Below, one piece after another: positions 8,299-16,639 of a DNA stretch of 64,000 nt. Origin of the DNA: Paludibacteraceae bacterium. GTDB lineage: Bacteria; Bacteroidota; Bacteroidia; Bacteroidales; Paludibacteraceae. The translations under genes and the position numbers were made by a program. The DNA lies in assembly GCA_045641145.1 (NCBI GenBank), contig JAZUGJ010000073.1, positions 12,846-76,845 of the forward strand, in the 5' to 3' direction. Numbering within the stretch: the first letter of the stretch is position 1; each line of letters opens with the position of its first letter. The notes below the pieces were generated by a model. The model saw only the letters and a program-made list of their open reading frames with translations, had not been told where the DNA came from and searched no databases.

Positions 8299-8508
8299 TC
8301 ACCGTCCTTTTCCTTTGTCTTTGGTGTCTATAAACTCGTTATAACCCTGTGCCTGTCGTATTGCGAGAATAGCATCGGAAATGCCACGCTCTCTCCCCAG
8401 CGCATAATAAGCATCTTCGTTGTAAGGTTTTTTTATATTATCAAAAATCTCGTGCCATTTCTCACTTAATGAAGCGACAAGCTCCTCCGCATTGATGTAT
8501 TCTTTCAT
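8299..8508 (-). CDS. hypothetical small protein, tandem paralog set
   Basis: 69-aa ORF similar in length and pattern to its neighbours. Confidence 0.45.
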   Translation of the reverse strand: MKEYINAEELVASLSEKWHEIFDNIKKPYNEDAYYALGRERGISDAILAIRQAQGYNEFIDTKDKGKGR

Positions 8509-8538
8509 ACTGACCTCCGAAATGCGGAAACAGTTCAG

Positions 8539-8712
8539 TTATTCGTTGCGAACCTCGATGGGTATCATACCCTTTATGACATCAATCGCTTTCTGGTATC
8601 CTACCATTTCAATTGCGAATAGGAATTTCCCCCCGCCGTCAACGGTATCTTTAGCATCAAGCAGTTCTTTCAAAATCAATCTAATAGCTTCTTCCTTGTC
8701 GATAAGTTCCAT
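8539..8712 (-). CDS. hypothetical small protein (57 aa, below the ORF-track cutoff)
   Basis: Hand-translated: ATG 8712 after AGGGAG gives MELIDKEEAIRLILKELLDAKDTVDGGGKFLFAIEMVGYQKAIDVIKGMIPIEVRNE, with the stop at 8539. It fills an otherwise empty gap. Confidence 0.4.
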   Translation of the reverse strand: MELIDKEEAIRLILKELLDAKDTVDGGGKFLFAIEMVGYQKAIDVIKGMIPIEVRNE

Positions 8713-8748
8713 ACAAATTCTCCCTGTTTCCAGTTCTTACACATAAGG

Positions 8749-9210
8749 TTATTTTTTGGACTTTCTTCTGTCACGGATAATCTTATTCACCATGTCCGAT
8801 GTCTTTTTCTCGGCTTCAGACTGGTTCGCCGGGGTTTGTGGTTCGGCAAAAGCGGTCTGACCTTGCTTCTTCATCTTCCCACCAAGTGGGGGCAAGGGTT
8901 TCAGACCGCCGTAGTCTTTTGGTTTTCCATTTTTTCTTTGAGCGAGTTCCTTTTTGCGAAGCCCAAGTTTCTCCGCTTCACGCTCTTTCTGATATTCTGC
9001 CATGCTGAACGGAATAGGATATTCAACTGGCATCCATGCAATCATGTGCTTACTGCTATAGATATGCCCCTTGCCGTCATTCCACGGATACGATTCGTTC
9101 TGCTGGGGGTCATATCGCATCATCCAGACCACGCCTGTCTGCTCACGGGTAACGAAATACATACCCTCTGTAGCTGGCATACGCTCATTGGTCAATGTCC
9201 ATTTAGCCAT
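8749..9210 (-). CDS. DUF551-like phage protein with a basic C-terminal tail
   Basis: N-terminal MAKWTLTNERMPATEG...IAWMPVEYPIPF fits the DUF551 pattern. Confidence 0.55.
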   Translation of the reverse strand: MAKWTLTNERMPATEGMYFVTREQTGVVWMMRYDPQQNESYPWNDGKGHIYSSKHMIAWMPVEYPIPFSMAEYQKEREAEKLGLRKKELAQRKNGKPKDYGGLKPLPPLGGKMKKQGQTAFAEPQTPANQSEAEKKTSDMVNKIIRDRRKSKK

Positions 9211-9229
9211 TCATGCAACTCCTTTCATG

Positions 9230-9559
9230 TTATTTTAGATTATAAAAGGCTTTGTACATCGCTTCTGCATTCTCAATCGTCTTGTCTTTCTCGAATGCGA
9301 TAGCGGCTTCTTCCATCCTGTACCATACCCCAGCACATCTGGTGATAAGCCCAAGGCTGTCGTTCAACTGATTGTGAGTGCGAACGATGTTGGCTCTCAA
9401 CTCATCAAAAGCCGCATCGTCAATCCCGCCTTTTCTTTTAAGGAAATATAAATTCCGCAAAGAGATGTAGGTACACAAGTTCGCCGCATCCAAGCCATCG
9501 GGTGGGTTATGGTTGTATTCCGCTTCTTCTTCATACGGGAATTTTTCAGCAACAGTCAT
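9230..9559 (-). CDS. hypothetical protein
   Basis: Start moved to ATG 9559 (MTVAEKF), which gives an ATGA overlap with the upstream stop at 9556. Confidence 0.5.
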   Translation of the reverse strand: MTVAEKFPYEEEAEYNHNPPDGLDAANLCTYISLRNLYFLKRKGGIDDAAFDELRANIVRTHNQLNDSLGLITRCAGVWYRMEEAAIAFEKDKTIENAEAMYKAFYNLK

Positions 9560-9849
9560 CTTCGTACAGCCCCTCCAGCATCTGGCGTTTTTGGTAATGG
9601 CATCCAGTACAGGATATCGAACTCGAACGGTGGTGTAGGTGTGTTGGCGAACCAACTCTCCTGCTCCCAATCATAGAACACACGGATGATAACTTCCTTG
9701 TTTCTATCCTTGTATACCCCCAAGACGAAATCACTTTTCTTTCTGTCGCTTGCACGGGGAAGATACAAAGAGGACGGAATCCACTCATTCGGGAAAGCGT
9801 TCCGCACAAATTCTGGCACAATGCTTCTTTTCAGATAATCCATTATCAA
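9556..9849 (-). CDS. DUF551-like phage protein
   Basis: 97 aa, ending ...ILYWMPLPKTPDAG. Confidence 0.5.
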   Translation of the reverse strand: MIMDYLKRSIVPEFVRNAFPNEWIPSSLYLPRASDRKKSDFVLGVYKDRNKEVIIRVFYDWEQESWFANTPTPPFEFDILYWMPLPKTPDAGGAVRR

Positions 9850-9897
9850 TCACCACCGCCAACATTATCCACAATCGGTACACACGATTCAATGTGA

Positions 9898-10143
9898 TTA
9901 ACTTTTTTTAAGAAGTTCCAGCCCGTCATACTTACTGTATGAGCGTCTGCGCTTGCGTTTTATTTCGGGAGAAACATAAGCATCGGGCAAATCAGCCCAT
10001 GCGATGATGGTCATGTTGCTATTGGAAAGCCACCCCTTATCCTCATCGTATGTTCTCACCAGAACTGCTTCCCGTTCCGTGGAAACAAGGTACTTGCCAG
10101 TAAAACGAGGATTCTTCTCCTTGACGGGAGTCCACTTAAACAT
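9898..10143 (-). CDS. DUF551-like phage protein
   Basis: Start moved to ATG 10143 (MFKWTPVKEKNP), overlapping the upstream stop at 10136. Contains IIAWADLPDAY. Confidence 0.5.
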   Translation of the reverse strand: MFKWTPVKEKNPRFTGKYLVSTEREAVLVRTYDEDKGWLSNSNMTIIAWADLPDAYVSPEIKRKRRRSYSKYDGLELLKKS

Positions 10144-10747
10144 AGTCTTCCTCCATTGTATCATAAACTTTTCCAACATCCGCTTCCGAAAAATTAGCAC
10201 GCTCCGTGTATTTCGGACATCCGATGACGAAAAAGCTCTGCACTTTTTTCTTACCCATAGAAACCGTGGTTTCTTTTGCGTTCCACCCATCAACAGGTTT
10301 CCCGCAGTTCTCCCAGCTACAGGTGCTGGTATTACAGTCGCCGCAGATGGTGAACGGCTGTCCCGTATACTTTCTTGTATACGGTTTGCCTTGCTCATAG
10401 TTAAGACCGCAGACTTTCAGCAATGCATCTGTCGGGTTTCTTCTCCGATGAACCATACGGGATACATGACCAGCGTGCATACCCAAGACACGAGCCAAAT
10501 CCTTAATCTGCATACAGCGGCGGGTAAGCCATTCCATCATATCCAGTTCAAGTCCCTCTGGGATACTGTCCATGCACTTTGCACGATGGGATACCTCATA
10601 ACTATAGCAAAGTTCCCTCGGCGGTTTTGACCGTTTGTATTTCCCCTCTGCCTTTCGCCGTGCAATATACGCTCTCTTATCCCTGCGGCGTTTCTCCGTC
10701 TTGTACTCAAGGATAGCCCGCTCGACATCAACCGTATTATCATTCAT
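10136..10747 (-). CDS. HTH protein with a C-terminal Cys-rich domain, tandem paralog 1
   Basis: XRE-like HTH (IKDLARVLGMHAGHVSRMVHRRRNP) plus ICGDCNTSTCSW...GW...IGCPKY. Confidence 0.55.
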   Translation of the reverse strand: MNDNTVDVERAILEYKTEKRRRDKRAYIARRKAEGKYKRSKPPRELCYSYEVSHRAKCMDSIPEGLELDMMEWLTRRCMQIKDLARVLGMHAGHVSRMVHRRRNPTDALLKVCGLNYEQGKPYTRKYTGQPFTICGDCNTSTCSWENCGKPVDGWNAKETTVSMGKKKVQSFFVIGCPKYTERANFSEADVGKVYDTMEEDYV

Positions 10748-11288
10748 CTTCCATACCTCTTATTCTGAACTTCGGACACCGTTCGACATAAATGTACTTG
10801 TTTGGATTTCTCCCCCGCAGTCTTGCTTTCCACTTCGGGATTGCTACTTCATCGGTCATCCACGAACATCCATAATTATCGCAGTACTCGCATAACTGAT
10901 GTTTCGTTGTATCTACACCAGCGTAAACACTCCTGTAGGTATCCTTGTCATTTTCAAAATCCCACTTGATGCCAACCGCTTCGAGTATCCATTCCGGGAT
11001 AGGGACATGACCGTACAGTATGTGGTTTACATAGTAGTAAGACAAACCAAGATGTTCCGCAAAGCCCTTGACAGAGAAGTTGTGAAGTATTCTCCATCTC
11101 TGAATATCATGACAAAGTTCTTTTGGAATATGGCTGACCTTTCGCTTCAGCCATGCTTTCCGTATCTCTTTATTCTCCTGCCTGTGCGCCTGTATCTTTT
11201 CCTTGTACTCTCGATACTTGATGCGATTGTACTCCCGCCGCTTTTCCAGTTTATAGGCGGCGATTGCTTCTTCAAGTGTAGGTTTCAT
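10740..11288 (-). CDS. HTH protein with a C-terminal Cys-rich domain, tandem paralog 2
   Basis: Same architecture as 10136-10747: VKGFAEHLGLSYYYVNHILYGHVP plus LCEYCDNYGCSW...VERCPKF. Both start with a basic coiled N-terminus (AIxxYKxEKRR). Confidence 0.55.
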   Translation of the reverse strand: MKPTLEEAIAAYKLEKRREYNRIKYREYKEKIQAHRQENKEIRKAWLKRKVSHIPKELCHDIQRWRILHNFSVKGFAEHLGLSYYYVNHILYGHVPIPEWILEAVGIKWDFENDKDTYRSVYAGVDTTKHQLCEYCDNYGCSWMTDEVAIPKWKARLRGRNPNKYIYVERCPKFRIRGMEDE

Positions 11289-11509
11289 CAGTTCTTTTCC
11301 TTTGCTTTTTTATACGGTTGAGGAAGTTCCATCCAAGCTACAACTTCCTGTGTTTCCGTTCCGTCAGTCCGTACCCAGACACGCTCATCTGTGAAGTAAT
11401 ACACAAACTGCAAACTGCCATCGCTCATAGTAGCAAGGACTTTGTCAGAAAAACCAATGTTATCATCATCACTCGGAACACCGTTGGAAACACTCACCCA
11501 TGCAAACAT
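11288..11509 (-). CDS. DUF551-like phage protein
   Basis: 73 aa: MFAWVSVSNGVPSDDD...VVAWMELPQPYKK. Confidence 0.5.
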   Translation of the reverse strand: MFAWVSVSNGVPSDDDNIGFSDKVLATMSDGSLQFVYYFTDERVWVRTDGTETQEVVAWMELPQPYKKAKEKN

Positions 11510-11560
11510 AGTTCCACCCCCTTATTATACACAGAATCAGCCCTTTTGTAAATAATTTTG

Positions 11561-11650
11561 TCATAGGTTAAACAAGTTTACGATGCCTAAAACCCATACC
11601 AGAACCACCGTTACCGTAAAAAGGAAATATCCGAAATCGTTAGAGTCCAT
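11561..11650 (-). CDS. possible 29-aa hydrophobic peptide
   Basis: Hand-translated: ATG 11650 after AAGGGGG gives MDSNDFGYFLFTVTVVLVWVLGIVNLFNL. The short length makes this call weak. Confidence 0.3.
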   Translation of the reverse strand: MDSNDFGYFLFTVTVVLVWVLGIVNLFNL

Positions 11651-11655
11651 AGCTG

Positions 11656-12399
11656 TCACCCCCTTGATAAAGACTTAAAGAAACTATAGCCATGTCCGTT
11701 CCAATTAACGAAGTACACCTTGCCGCCGAGCCGTTCGAGAAACTGTCTTTTTATAACAAGGTTTATCGGCTTTTCCGCAACGCCAGTCGATAGTTTCATG
11801 TTGAGGGGATTGTATATCCCGTCAAGTAAATTGTCATTGATTTTTATCCTAAATTCTCCGCTTTTGTCTAACCTCAAAAACTCGCTCGTGTCTGCGGAAT
11901 AAATACCCCTCATGTGCTTCGCTTGCTCAAGCAAAAACTCGTCTGTTACCCCATGCCCGCACAGGAAATCCTTGATGCTTTTTTTGTGAACGACAAGGTA
12001 GCACATGGTGTTTATCCCATTATCAACCGTTCCCCTTGTTACTACCGCATCAGGCGAAATGCGCTTATAGTTGTCGTCAAAATAAGTCGGGTAGCACAGG
12101 ACATAGGTATCCGTGAGATTATGTGTTACGAACCATCCGGGAATGACCGCCCCTTTTTGAATTGAGTCTACCTCAAAAGCAAAGGTCGGAAGTATCGTGT
12201 TGCTTGCGGTAATCGCCGCCTTTTCATCTATGTGGCTTTCTCCACGGTTCGTTATAGCAGTAAGGTCTACTCCGTTATACTGCATCTCCAAACTGTTCTC
12301 CCTGCGGAACTGGATGCCGAAGTGCGGATAAAAATGCTTGTCGTTAAACTCCGCTATCAGTCCCTCTGCTTTGTGGTCGCGACTTCTAAAATTTACCAT
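11656..12399 (-). CDS. hypothetical protein, possible PD-(D/E)xK-type nuclease fold
   Basis: 247 aa with an AAGAGG RBS. GVDLTAITNRGESHIDEKAA could be a D...(D/E)xK motif. This assignment is weak and made by eye only. Confidence 0.45.
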   Translation of the reverse strand: MVNFRSRDHKAEGLIAEFNDKHFYPHFGIQFRRENSLEMQYNGVDLTAITNRGESHIDEKAAITASNTILPTFAFEVDSIQKGAVIPGWFVTHNLTDTYVLCYPTYFDDNYKRISPDAVVTRGTVDNGINTMCYLVVHKKSIKDFLCGHGVTDEFLLEQAKHMRGIYSADTSEFLRLDKSGEFRIKINDNLLDGIYNPLNMKLSTGVAEKPINLVIKRQFLERLGGKVYFVNWNGHGYSFFKSLSRG

Positions 12400-12409
12400 T
12401 TTTTACCTC

Positions 12410-12438
12410 TTGACTTTTTCAGAAGATGGTTGTATAAT
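12410..12438 (+). promoter_or_regulatory. orphan near-consensus promoter on the non-coding strand
   Basis: TTGACT (12410-12415), 17 nt, TATAAT (12433-12438). There is no plus-strand ORF downstream, and a terminator follows about 30 nt later. Confidence 0.45.
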
Positions 12439-12466
12439 ATAAGTGAATTAAAATAGGACTTACTAT

Positions 12467-12507
12467 AAAAAGAGAAGTGCCGCCGAAACGACACTTCTCT
12501 TTTTTTA
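12467..12507. terminator. bidirectional intrinsic terminator
   Basis: AAAAGAGAAGTG-loop-CACTTCTCTTTTTTT. A 9-bp stem flanked by an A-run and a T-run. Confidence 0.6.
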
Positions 12508-12816
12508 TTCTCCGAAGCCGAGCCGTTTTGCCCAGCGTTCCCATTTGTAGCATTCCTTAATCTCGTTTTCCGCAGGAACAGGGATATTGAGAATGGTCAG
12601 GCACATCATAACATCGGTGAGTTCTTCTCGAAAAATCTCAACCGATTGTTGCGATGTCGTGGTTGTATTGTTGCCGCTCAGTCCCTTTGCCCGTATCAGT
12701 TTCAGAGCGGCTTGTATCAGTTCTGCAAGTTCTTCTGCCAGCCCCTCAAGTTTCTCACGCTCGGTAAGATGCGAGGCAACATACTCGATGTACTCGGCGG
12801 GCAGAAAGTTACTCAT
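12505..12816 (-). CDS. MazG-like nucleotide pyrophosphohydrolase (putative)
   Basis: Start at ATG 12816 (MSNFLPAEY), overlapping the dcd stop. LAEELAELIQAALK and REELTDVMMCLTIL resemble the EExxE / ExxD helices of small MazG-family proteins. Confidence 0.5.
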   Translation of the reverse strand: MSNFLPAEYIEYVASHLTEREKLEGLAEELAELIQAALKLIRAKGLSGNNTTTTSQQSVEIFREELTDVMMCLTILNIPVPAENEIKECYKWERWAKRLGFGE

Positions 12817-13339
12817 TATCAAATTCCTGCCACAGCATGGACGGCTGGATGCCCTCGTTGTTCTGATACTTGCCGCCATCATACAGTTCACCACGAAGCC
12901 CAGTATAGGTGTGGAAATAAATCTGGCAAATCTCGACTTCGGGATAGATGCGGATGGGCTGGATGCAGGAAAGTTCCAATGTCCAGTATCCAGAGAAACC
13001 GATGTCGCCGAAGCCAGCCGTGATATGCACGAACAGACCAAGTCTACCGATAGATGACCGTCCCTCAATCATGGGGATATACTCATTGGTAGAAGTTCTC
13101 TCCATCGTCTGTGCGAGGTACAGCTTTCCGGGCTGAAGAACATAGCCCTCTTTCGGAATGGTAATAATTTCCACATCATTGGGCTTTGCCATGTCCAGTT
13201 CGTTGTTCTTGTACACCATCAGCTTATCGCCGATGCGGAGATTGTAGCTATTGGGATTTACCCGCTTTTCGTCAAAAGGCTCGATGGTGATAATTCCATA
13301 CTTCACATTATCTCTGATTGCCTGTCCTGTTAAAACCAT
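12809..13339 (-). CDS. dcd: dCTP deaminase
   Basis: 176 aa, with NPNSYNLRIGD, MIEGRSSIGRLGLFVH and GFSGYWTLEL. This is the classic Dcd signature. Confidence 0.9.
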   Translation of the reverse strand: MVLTGQAIRDNVKYGIITIEPFDEKRVNPNSYNLRIGDKLMVYKNNELDMAKPNDVEIITIPKEGYVLQPGKLYLAQTMERTSTNEYIPMIEGRSSIGRLGLFVHITAGFGDIGFSGYWTLELSCIQPIRIYPEVEICQIYFHTYTGLRGELYDGGKYQNNEGIQPSMLWQEFDNE

Positions 13340-13341
13340 TG

Positions 13342-13668
13342 TTACTTCTCCTTATACATAGCGTGAATTTCGGCATCGTGTTTTTTCTTTGCGGCGAAAA
13401 CTCCGTCCTTGTACGCCTTTGATTTTTCCTGTTCGGAAACACCCTTAATGTATCGGCACACTTCTTCTGCATCCATAAGGGTATACAGAACGCCGTTCAG
13501 TTCATCTTCCAGTTCAAAGAAACCTGTATGGCGTTTGCTTTCCGTTACGGAAATCGTATACGAACGGAGTGCGATATACACGATGGAGCGGTTTCGCTTC
13601 TTGATTGATAATCCCATGTCCCGAAGACGGTCGGACAGCGAAACCATAGCTGGTGTGAATTTATCCAT
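13342..13668 (-). CDS. hypothetical protein
   Basis: 108-aa ORF packed in the operon. Confidence 0.5.
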   Translation of the reverse strand: MDKFTPAMVSLSDRLRDMGLSIKKRNRSIVYIALRSYTISVTESKRHTGFFELEDELNGVLYTLMDAEEVCRYIKGVSEQEKSKAYKDGVFAAKKKHDAEIHAMYKEK

Positions 13669-13939
13669 GTGTTTCTCCTATGAGTTCTGCCCATTCCACC
13701 CATTTTCCGCTATCGTGCATCGCTTGGTAGTCAGGGAATATGTTTACAAGTAACAGACACATCGCCAGTTCGAGTGCCAGTTCCCGCAGTTCTTCATGTT
13801 GACCCTCTCGTGGAGTATACGCCATAGCGTATGCCATCTCGTACAGTTCCAACGCCTTGTCGCCGATGGCGCACATTTTTTGCTTCTTCGTAAGTACCCG
13901 ATTGAGATACTGTATACTTTCCTTGTTGGTCATTATCAA
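13661..13939 (-). CDS. hypothetical protein
   Basis: 92-aa ORF overlapping both neighbours. Confidence 0.5.
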   Translation of the reverse strand: MIMTNKESIQYLNRVLTKKQKMCAIGDKALELYEMAYAMAYTPREGQHEELRELALELAMCLLLVNIFPDYQAMHDSGKWVEWAELIGETHG

Positions 13940-14289
13940 TCACCTGTGCTGTTGTGCAGAACCAGAACATCATCCAGTCTTGATACGAATACATCGTTCT
14001 CTCGGACAAAGATATACGGAACGCCTTGTTCATTGTACTTCAGTTTGGGGCGGCATCCTGTTGTCTTTTCCATCAGCATAGCCTGTCCCATTGCGCTTGA
14101 GAGAACTCTTGCGTATTCTCGGAACTGCTTAACAATCTTTCGGTCAGCCATTTCCGTCTTTTCAAGTTTTGCTATCTCCTGCTCCATCTTCTCGGCTTCT
14201 GCGTTCAATCTTTTTGTCACCGCATTGAACCGCATAGCCTCGTAAGGATAGGTCAAAACATATCGCACCTTATCAAGAAACATTATCAT
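13936..14289 (-). CDS. hypothetical coiled-coil protein
   Basis: Start moved to ATG 14289, giving an ATGA overlap with the upstream stop at 14286. Confidence 0.5.
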   Translation of the reverse strand: MIMFLDKVRYVLTYPYEAMRFNAVTKRLNAEAEKMEQEIAKLEKTEMADRKIVKQFREYARVLSSAMGQAMLMEKTTGCRPKLKYNEQGVPYIFVRENDVFVSRLDDVLVLHNSTGD

Positions 14290-14510
14290 TCCCCCTTGCA
14301 AGGGTCGGGTAGCAACGCCCATGCGACCACCCGTCCCGACACGCTCCACACACCGTTCTCGGTGTGACACGGGATAACCGTTCTCGTTCCATCCAACTCG
14401 ACTGTTGCAAGAACGGTTTTGTTATCTTCTGGCAGTCCGTCATCTGGGGAAAGCCAGCAAACCATCTCTGTGTCTATCCACCGCCGAAAACGAATATCTA
14501 CATTACCCAT
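14286..14510 (-). CDS. DUF551-like phage protein
   Basis: Start at ATG 14510 after GAGGAG. Contains WLSPDDGLPEDNK...VVAWALLPDPCKGE. Confidence 0.5.
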   Translation of the reverse strand: MGNVDIRFRRWIDTEMVCWLSPDDGLPEDNKTVLATVELDGTRTVIPCHTENGVWSVSGRVVAWALLPDPCKGE

Positions 14511-14826
14511 TCTCGCACTCCTCGATGTCATTTTCAATGTTCCTGTCACGGATTACGAAATAGAGCCTATACCCCTTTACCTGCGCATCGTACTCCACAG
14601 ACATAAAAACGGCATCATGCTTTTCCCGCAAACGGAAAGAGCCGTTCTCTTCCAGACCGTGTATGAAATACATCTCATACAAAGAAAACACGAATTGCTG
14701 AACTGCGTCTCCGAACTCGTGAATATCCTGCGACAAACCCTCAAGGAGTTTCAGCCGTTTACTTGCCCGTGTGTGTCTGGTAACTGCATCGTACCACTTC
14801 TTTTCATAGTCAAGAAAAGAGAACAA
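14503..14826 (-). CDS. hypothetical protein
   Basis: 107-aa ORF. Confidence 0.5.
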   Translation of the reverse strand: MFSFLDYEKKWYDAVTRHTRASKRLKLLEGLSQDIHEFGDAVQQFVFSLYEMYFIHGLEENGSFRLREKHDAVFMSVEYDAQVKGYRLYFVIRDRNIENDIEECENG

Positions 14827-14832
14827 CGCCTA

Positions 14833-15525
14833 TCACTCCTCTCGCTTGTACACTTCTGCCAGCTTCGGAGAAAGACCACAGCACTTACTCTCGGTGCAGA
14901 ATGGGTAGTTATCGTTCACCATACATTGCGGACGCATATATCCTGCCACGATAGGGGATACCTTTTCAACCTCACGCTTAAAGGCTTTGAACATATCCCG
15001 TATCTCTTTCTGCGCTCTGGTACACAACCGCTTGCCGCTCATCTCAATCAACGCACGGGCGTTGCAGGAAATGTACAGAGTGGTCGCACAGGCATTCGGC
15101 AGTACGGAACGGGCATCCTCTGGCTCTGCGCCATTTTCAATCAGTTCATCGTAGGAGTCGGCAATCTGGTCGATGGTGCGCTGAAAAATCTCGTTGCCGT
15201 TCAGCTTGTGAGGGACTACCGTGGACTGCCGCAAATCCTCAACGCAATACCGCTGACTGCGGACAGAAAGACCAATGTGGCGATGTCTGGATAACTGCGC
15301 CAGCAGGGAGCGGGAAACGCCCTCGACTTTGAAAACAAACGAGATATGCTCAAACACGCTATAATGTCCAGACTTCATGCAGGATTTGGCGATGCGGTAA
15401 TCGTTTGTCGGCTCACTATCGTAGCAGACGCTTGCGGCTTCCTCTACGATGCTCACAGGCTCTACTGCAACGGCTAACCCATCTTCTCGTATCGGTTGTG
15501 TACACGCTATCAGTTTTACAATCAT
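14833..15525 (-). CDS. thyX: FAD-dependent thymidylate synthase
   Basis: Start at ATG 15525 after GAGGTG. Carries the ThyX signature LSRHRHIGLSVRSQRY (RHRxxSxxxxSxRY). Confidence 0.9.
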   Translation of the reverse strand: MIVKLIACTQPIREDGLAVAVEPVSIVEEAASVCYDSEPTNDYRIAKSCMKSGHYSVFEHISFVFKVEGVSRSLLAQLSRHRHIGLSVRSQRYCVEDLRQSTVVPHKLNGNEIFQRTIDQIADSYDELIENGAEPEDARSVLPNACATTLYISCNARALIEMSGKRLCTRAQKEIRDMFKAFKREVEKVSPIVAGYMRPQCMVNDNYPFCTESKCCGLSPKLAEVYKREE

Positions 15526-15563
15526 ATTACACCTCGGTTTTTTAATGTGCGCCGCATAGGGCA

Positions 15564-15606
15564 ACAAAAAAATAAGACCGCACACCACCAGATGCACGGT
15601 CTTATT
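15564..15606 (-). terminator. intrinsic terminator after the MazF-like gene
   Basis: On the minus strand: ATAAGACCG-16 nt loop-CGGTCTTAT followed by TTTTTTT. Confidence 0.6.
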
Positions 15607-15611
15607 TAGGA

Positions 15612-15959
15612 TTACAGATTTAAGGATACTCGGAGTGCCTGTTTCACCTTGAGCATATCCAACTCGGTAAGAGTGTCGATGTACTTGCCCACACGGTCAA
15701 TCGAAACGCTATGCACCTGCTCACACAGAACACGCCCGTTCACTTTTTCGGTCTTCACATCGGCATGAGTCGGCATCTGCTTGCGCAGGTTCTGTGTGAA
15801 GTAGCAAATTTCCAGAACAGAACCAGTTTCGTTCAGAACATCGTTGCTGACTACCACGGCAGGGCGACCGCCTCTGCACTCGTTGCCGACTTCTACATCA
15901 CGGGGGAAAATATAGTACACCTCTCCGTAACGATAGGTGCGGTTCTTTTCTTTATCCAC
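15612..15959 (-). CDS. MazF/PemK-family endoribonuclease toxin-like protein
   Basis: GTG start 8 nt after AAGGAG. GEVYYIFPRDVEVGNECRGGRPAVVVSND...CYFTQN...PTHADV...EQVHSVSIDRV follows the PemK/MazF pattern. Confidence 0.75.
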   Translation of the reverse strand: MDKEKNRTYRYGEVYYIFPRDVEVGNECRGGRPAVVVSNDVLNETGSVLEICYFTQNLRKQMPTHADVKTEKVNGRVLCEQVHSVSIDRVGKYIDTLTELDMLKVKQALRVSLNL

Positions 15960-16102
15960 TTTTCATTCTCCTTTTCTTATATAAACCGTTGTTATTTCCT
16001 GTGCGGTGTAACTCCGCACCCATTAAAGTATATCACGGTGCGGCATACGATGTACATACACCGCACCGATTTATGCCTCGTTTCTGCTATTAGACAGCCG
16101 TA

Positions 16103-16543
16103 TCAGTCATCCCAGATATCGTCATCTTCTTCGTCCCAGTCGTCATCATCGTTGCCGAAGCCCTGATTGGGGTCAGAGGGAGAGAACGAGAAATCATCGT
16201 AGTCGATACGCTCGTCATGCGTGACCTTGATGGGATAGGGCAGAGCGGCGTTGTCGTTATCGTAGCAAGCGATGTCGATACCCACGGTGCGGTATTCTTC
16301 ATCGGCGAGGATTTCGCCGTTGCGGTAACGCTCCCACAGGTCATCGGACGCCAGATTGCACCCGTGCTTCACATCGAGTTTCTGATGCCACTTTGCGACC
16401 TCAATGTAAACATCGCACCCGCCAAAGCGACCGTACCCGTCATAGGACGGCTCGTGGACTTTCCCGAACGGCGTGAGCAGATAGCACTCGTCTCCGATAT
16501 TGATTGCCTTGCCGTTTTCGTCTAACCAAGAGAAACAACCCAT
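16103..16543 (-). CDS. hypothetical protein with a poly-acidic C-terminal tail
   Basis: Start at ATG 16543 after AAGGAG. The C-terminus is GNDDDDWDEEDDDIWDD. Confidence 0.55.
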   Translation of the reverse strand: MGCFSWLDENGKAINIGDECYLLTPFGKVHEPSYDGYGRFGGCDVYIEVAKWHQKLDVKHGCNLASDDLWERYRNGEILADEEYRTVGIDIACYDNDNAALPYPIKVTHDERIDYDDFSFSPSDPNQGFGNDDDDWDEEDDDIWDD

Positions 16544-16567
16544 ATTTATTCTCCTTTTCATTCATTC

Positions 16568-16598
16568 ATTTGTTCCACACACCTCGTGGGGGTGCTAC
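16568..16598 (-). repeat. degenerate solitary I-C-like repeat in the 5' UTR of gene 16543
   Basis: The minus strand reads GTAGCACCCCCACGAGGTGTGTGGAACAAAT. About 22 of 31 positions match the array repeat consensus (GT.GCACCC....GGTGTGTGGA..AAAT). Ends 24 nt before the ATG. Confidence 0.45.
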
Positions 16599-16639
16599 CG
16601 TTAAGCGGTGGGGCGGTTGCCCGCCCCCTGTCGGATGGT

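Noticed and set aside
15537-15565. Repeat-like element GTTGCCCTATGCGGCGCACATTAAAAAAC (minus strand) between the MazF terminator and the thyX RBS.
   Set aside because: Only the GT.GC start and the ATTAAAAAAC tail resemble the CRISPR repeat, and the stem is 3-4 bp. The palindromic core can be read in either orientation, so homology is not demonstrable by eye. It is kept only as a side remark in the 22789-22933 finding.
16001-16029. Plus-strand hairpin GTGCGG-TGTAACT-CCGCAC followed by CCATTAAAG, resembling a sense repeat.
   Set aside because: It lies on the strand opposite the local genes, has no promoter, and matches only loosely. It is more likely an operator or terminator hairpin of the MazF region.
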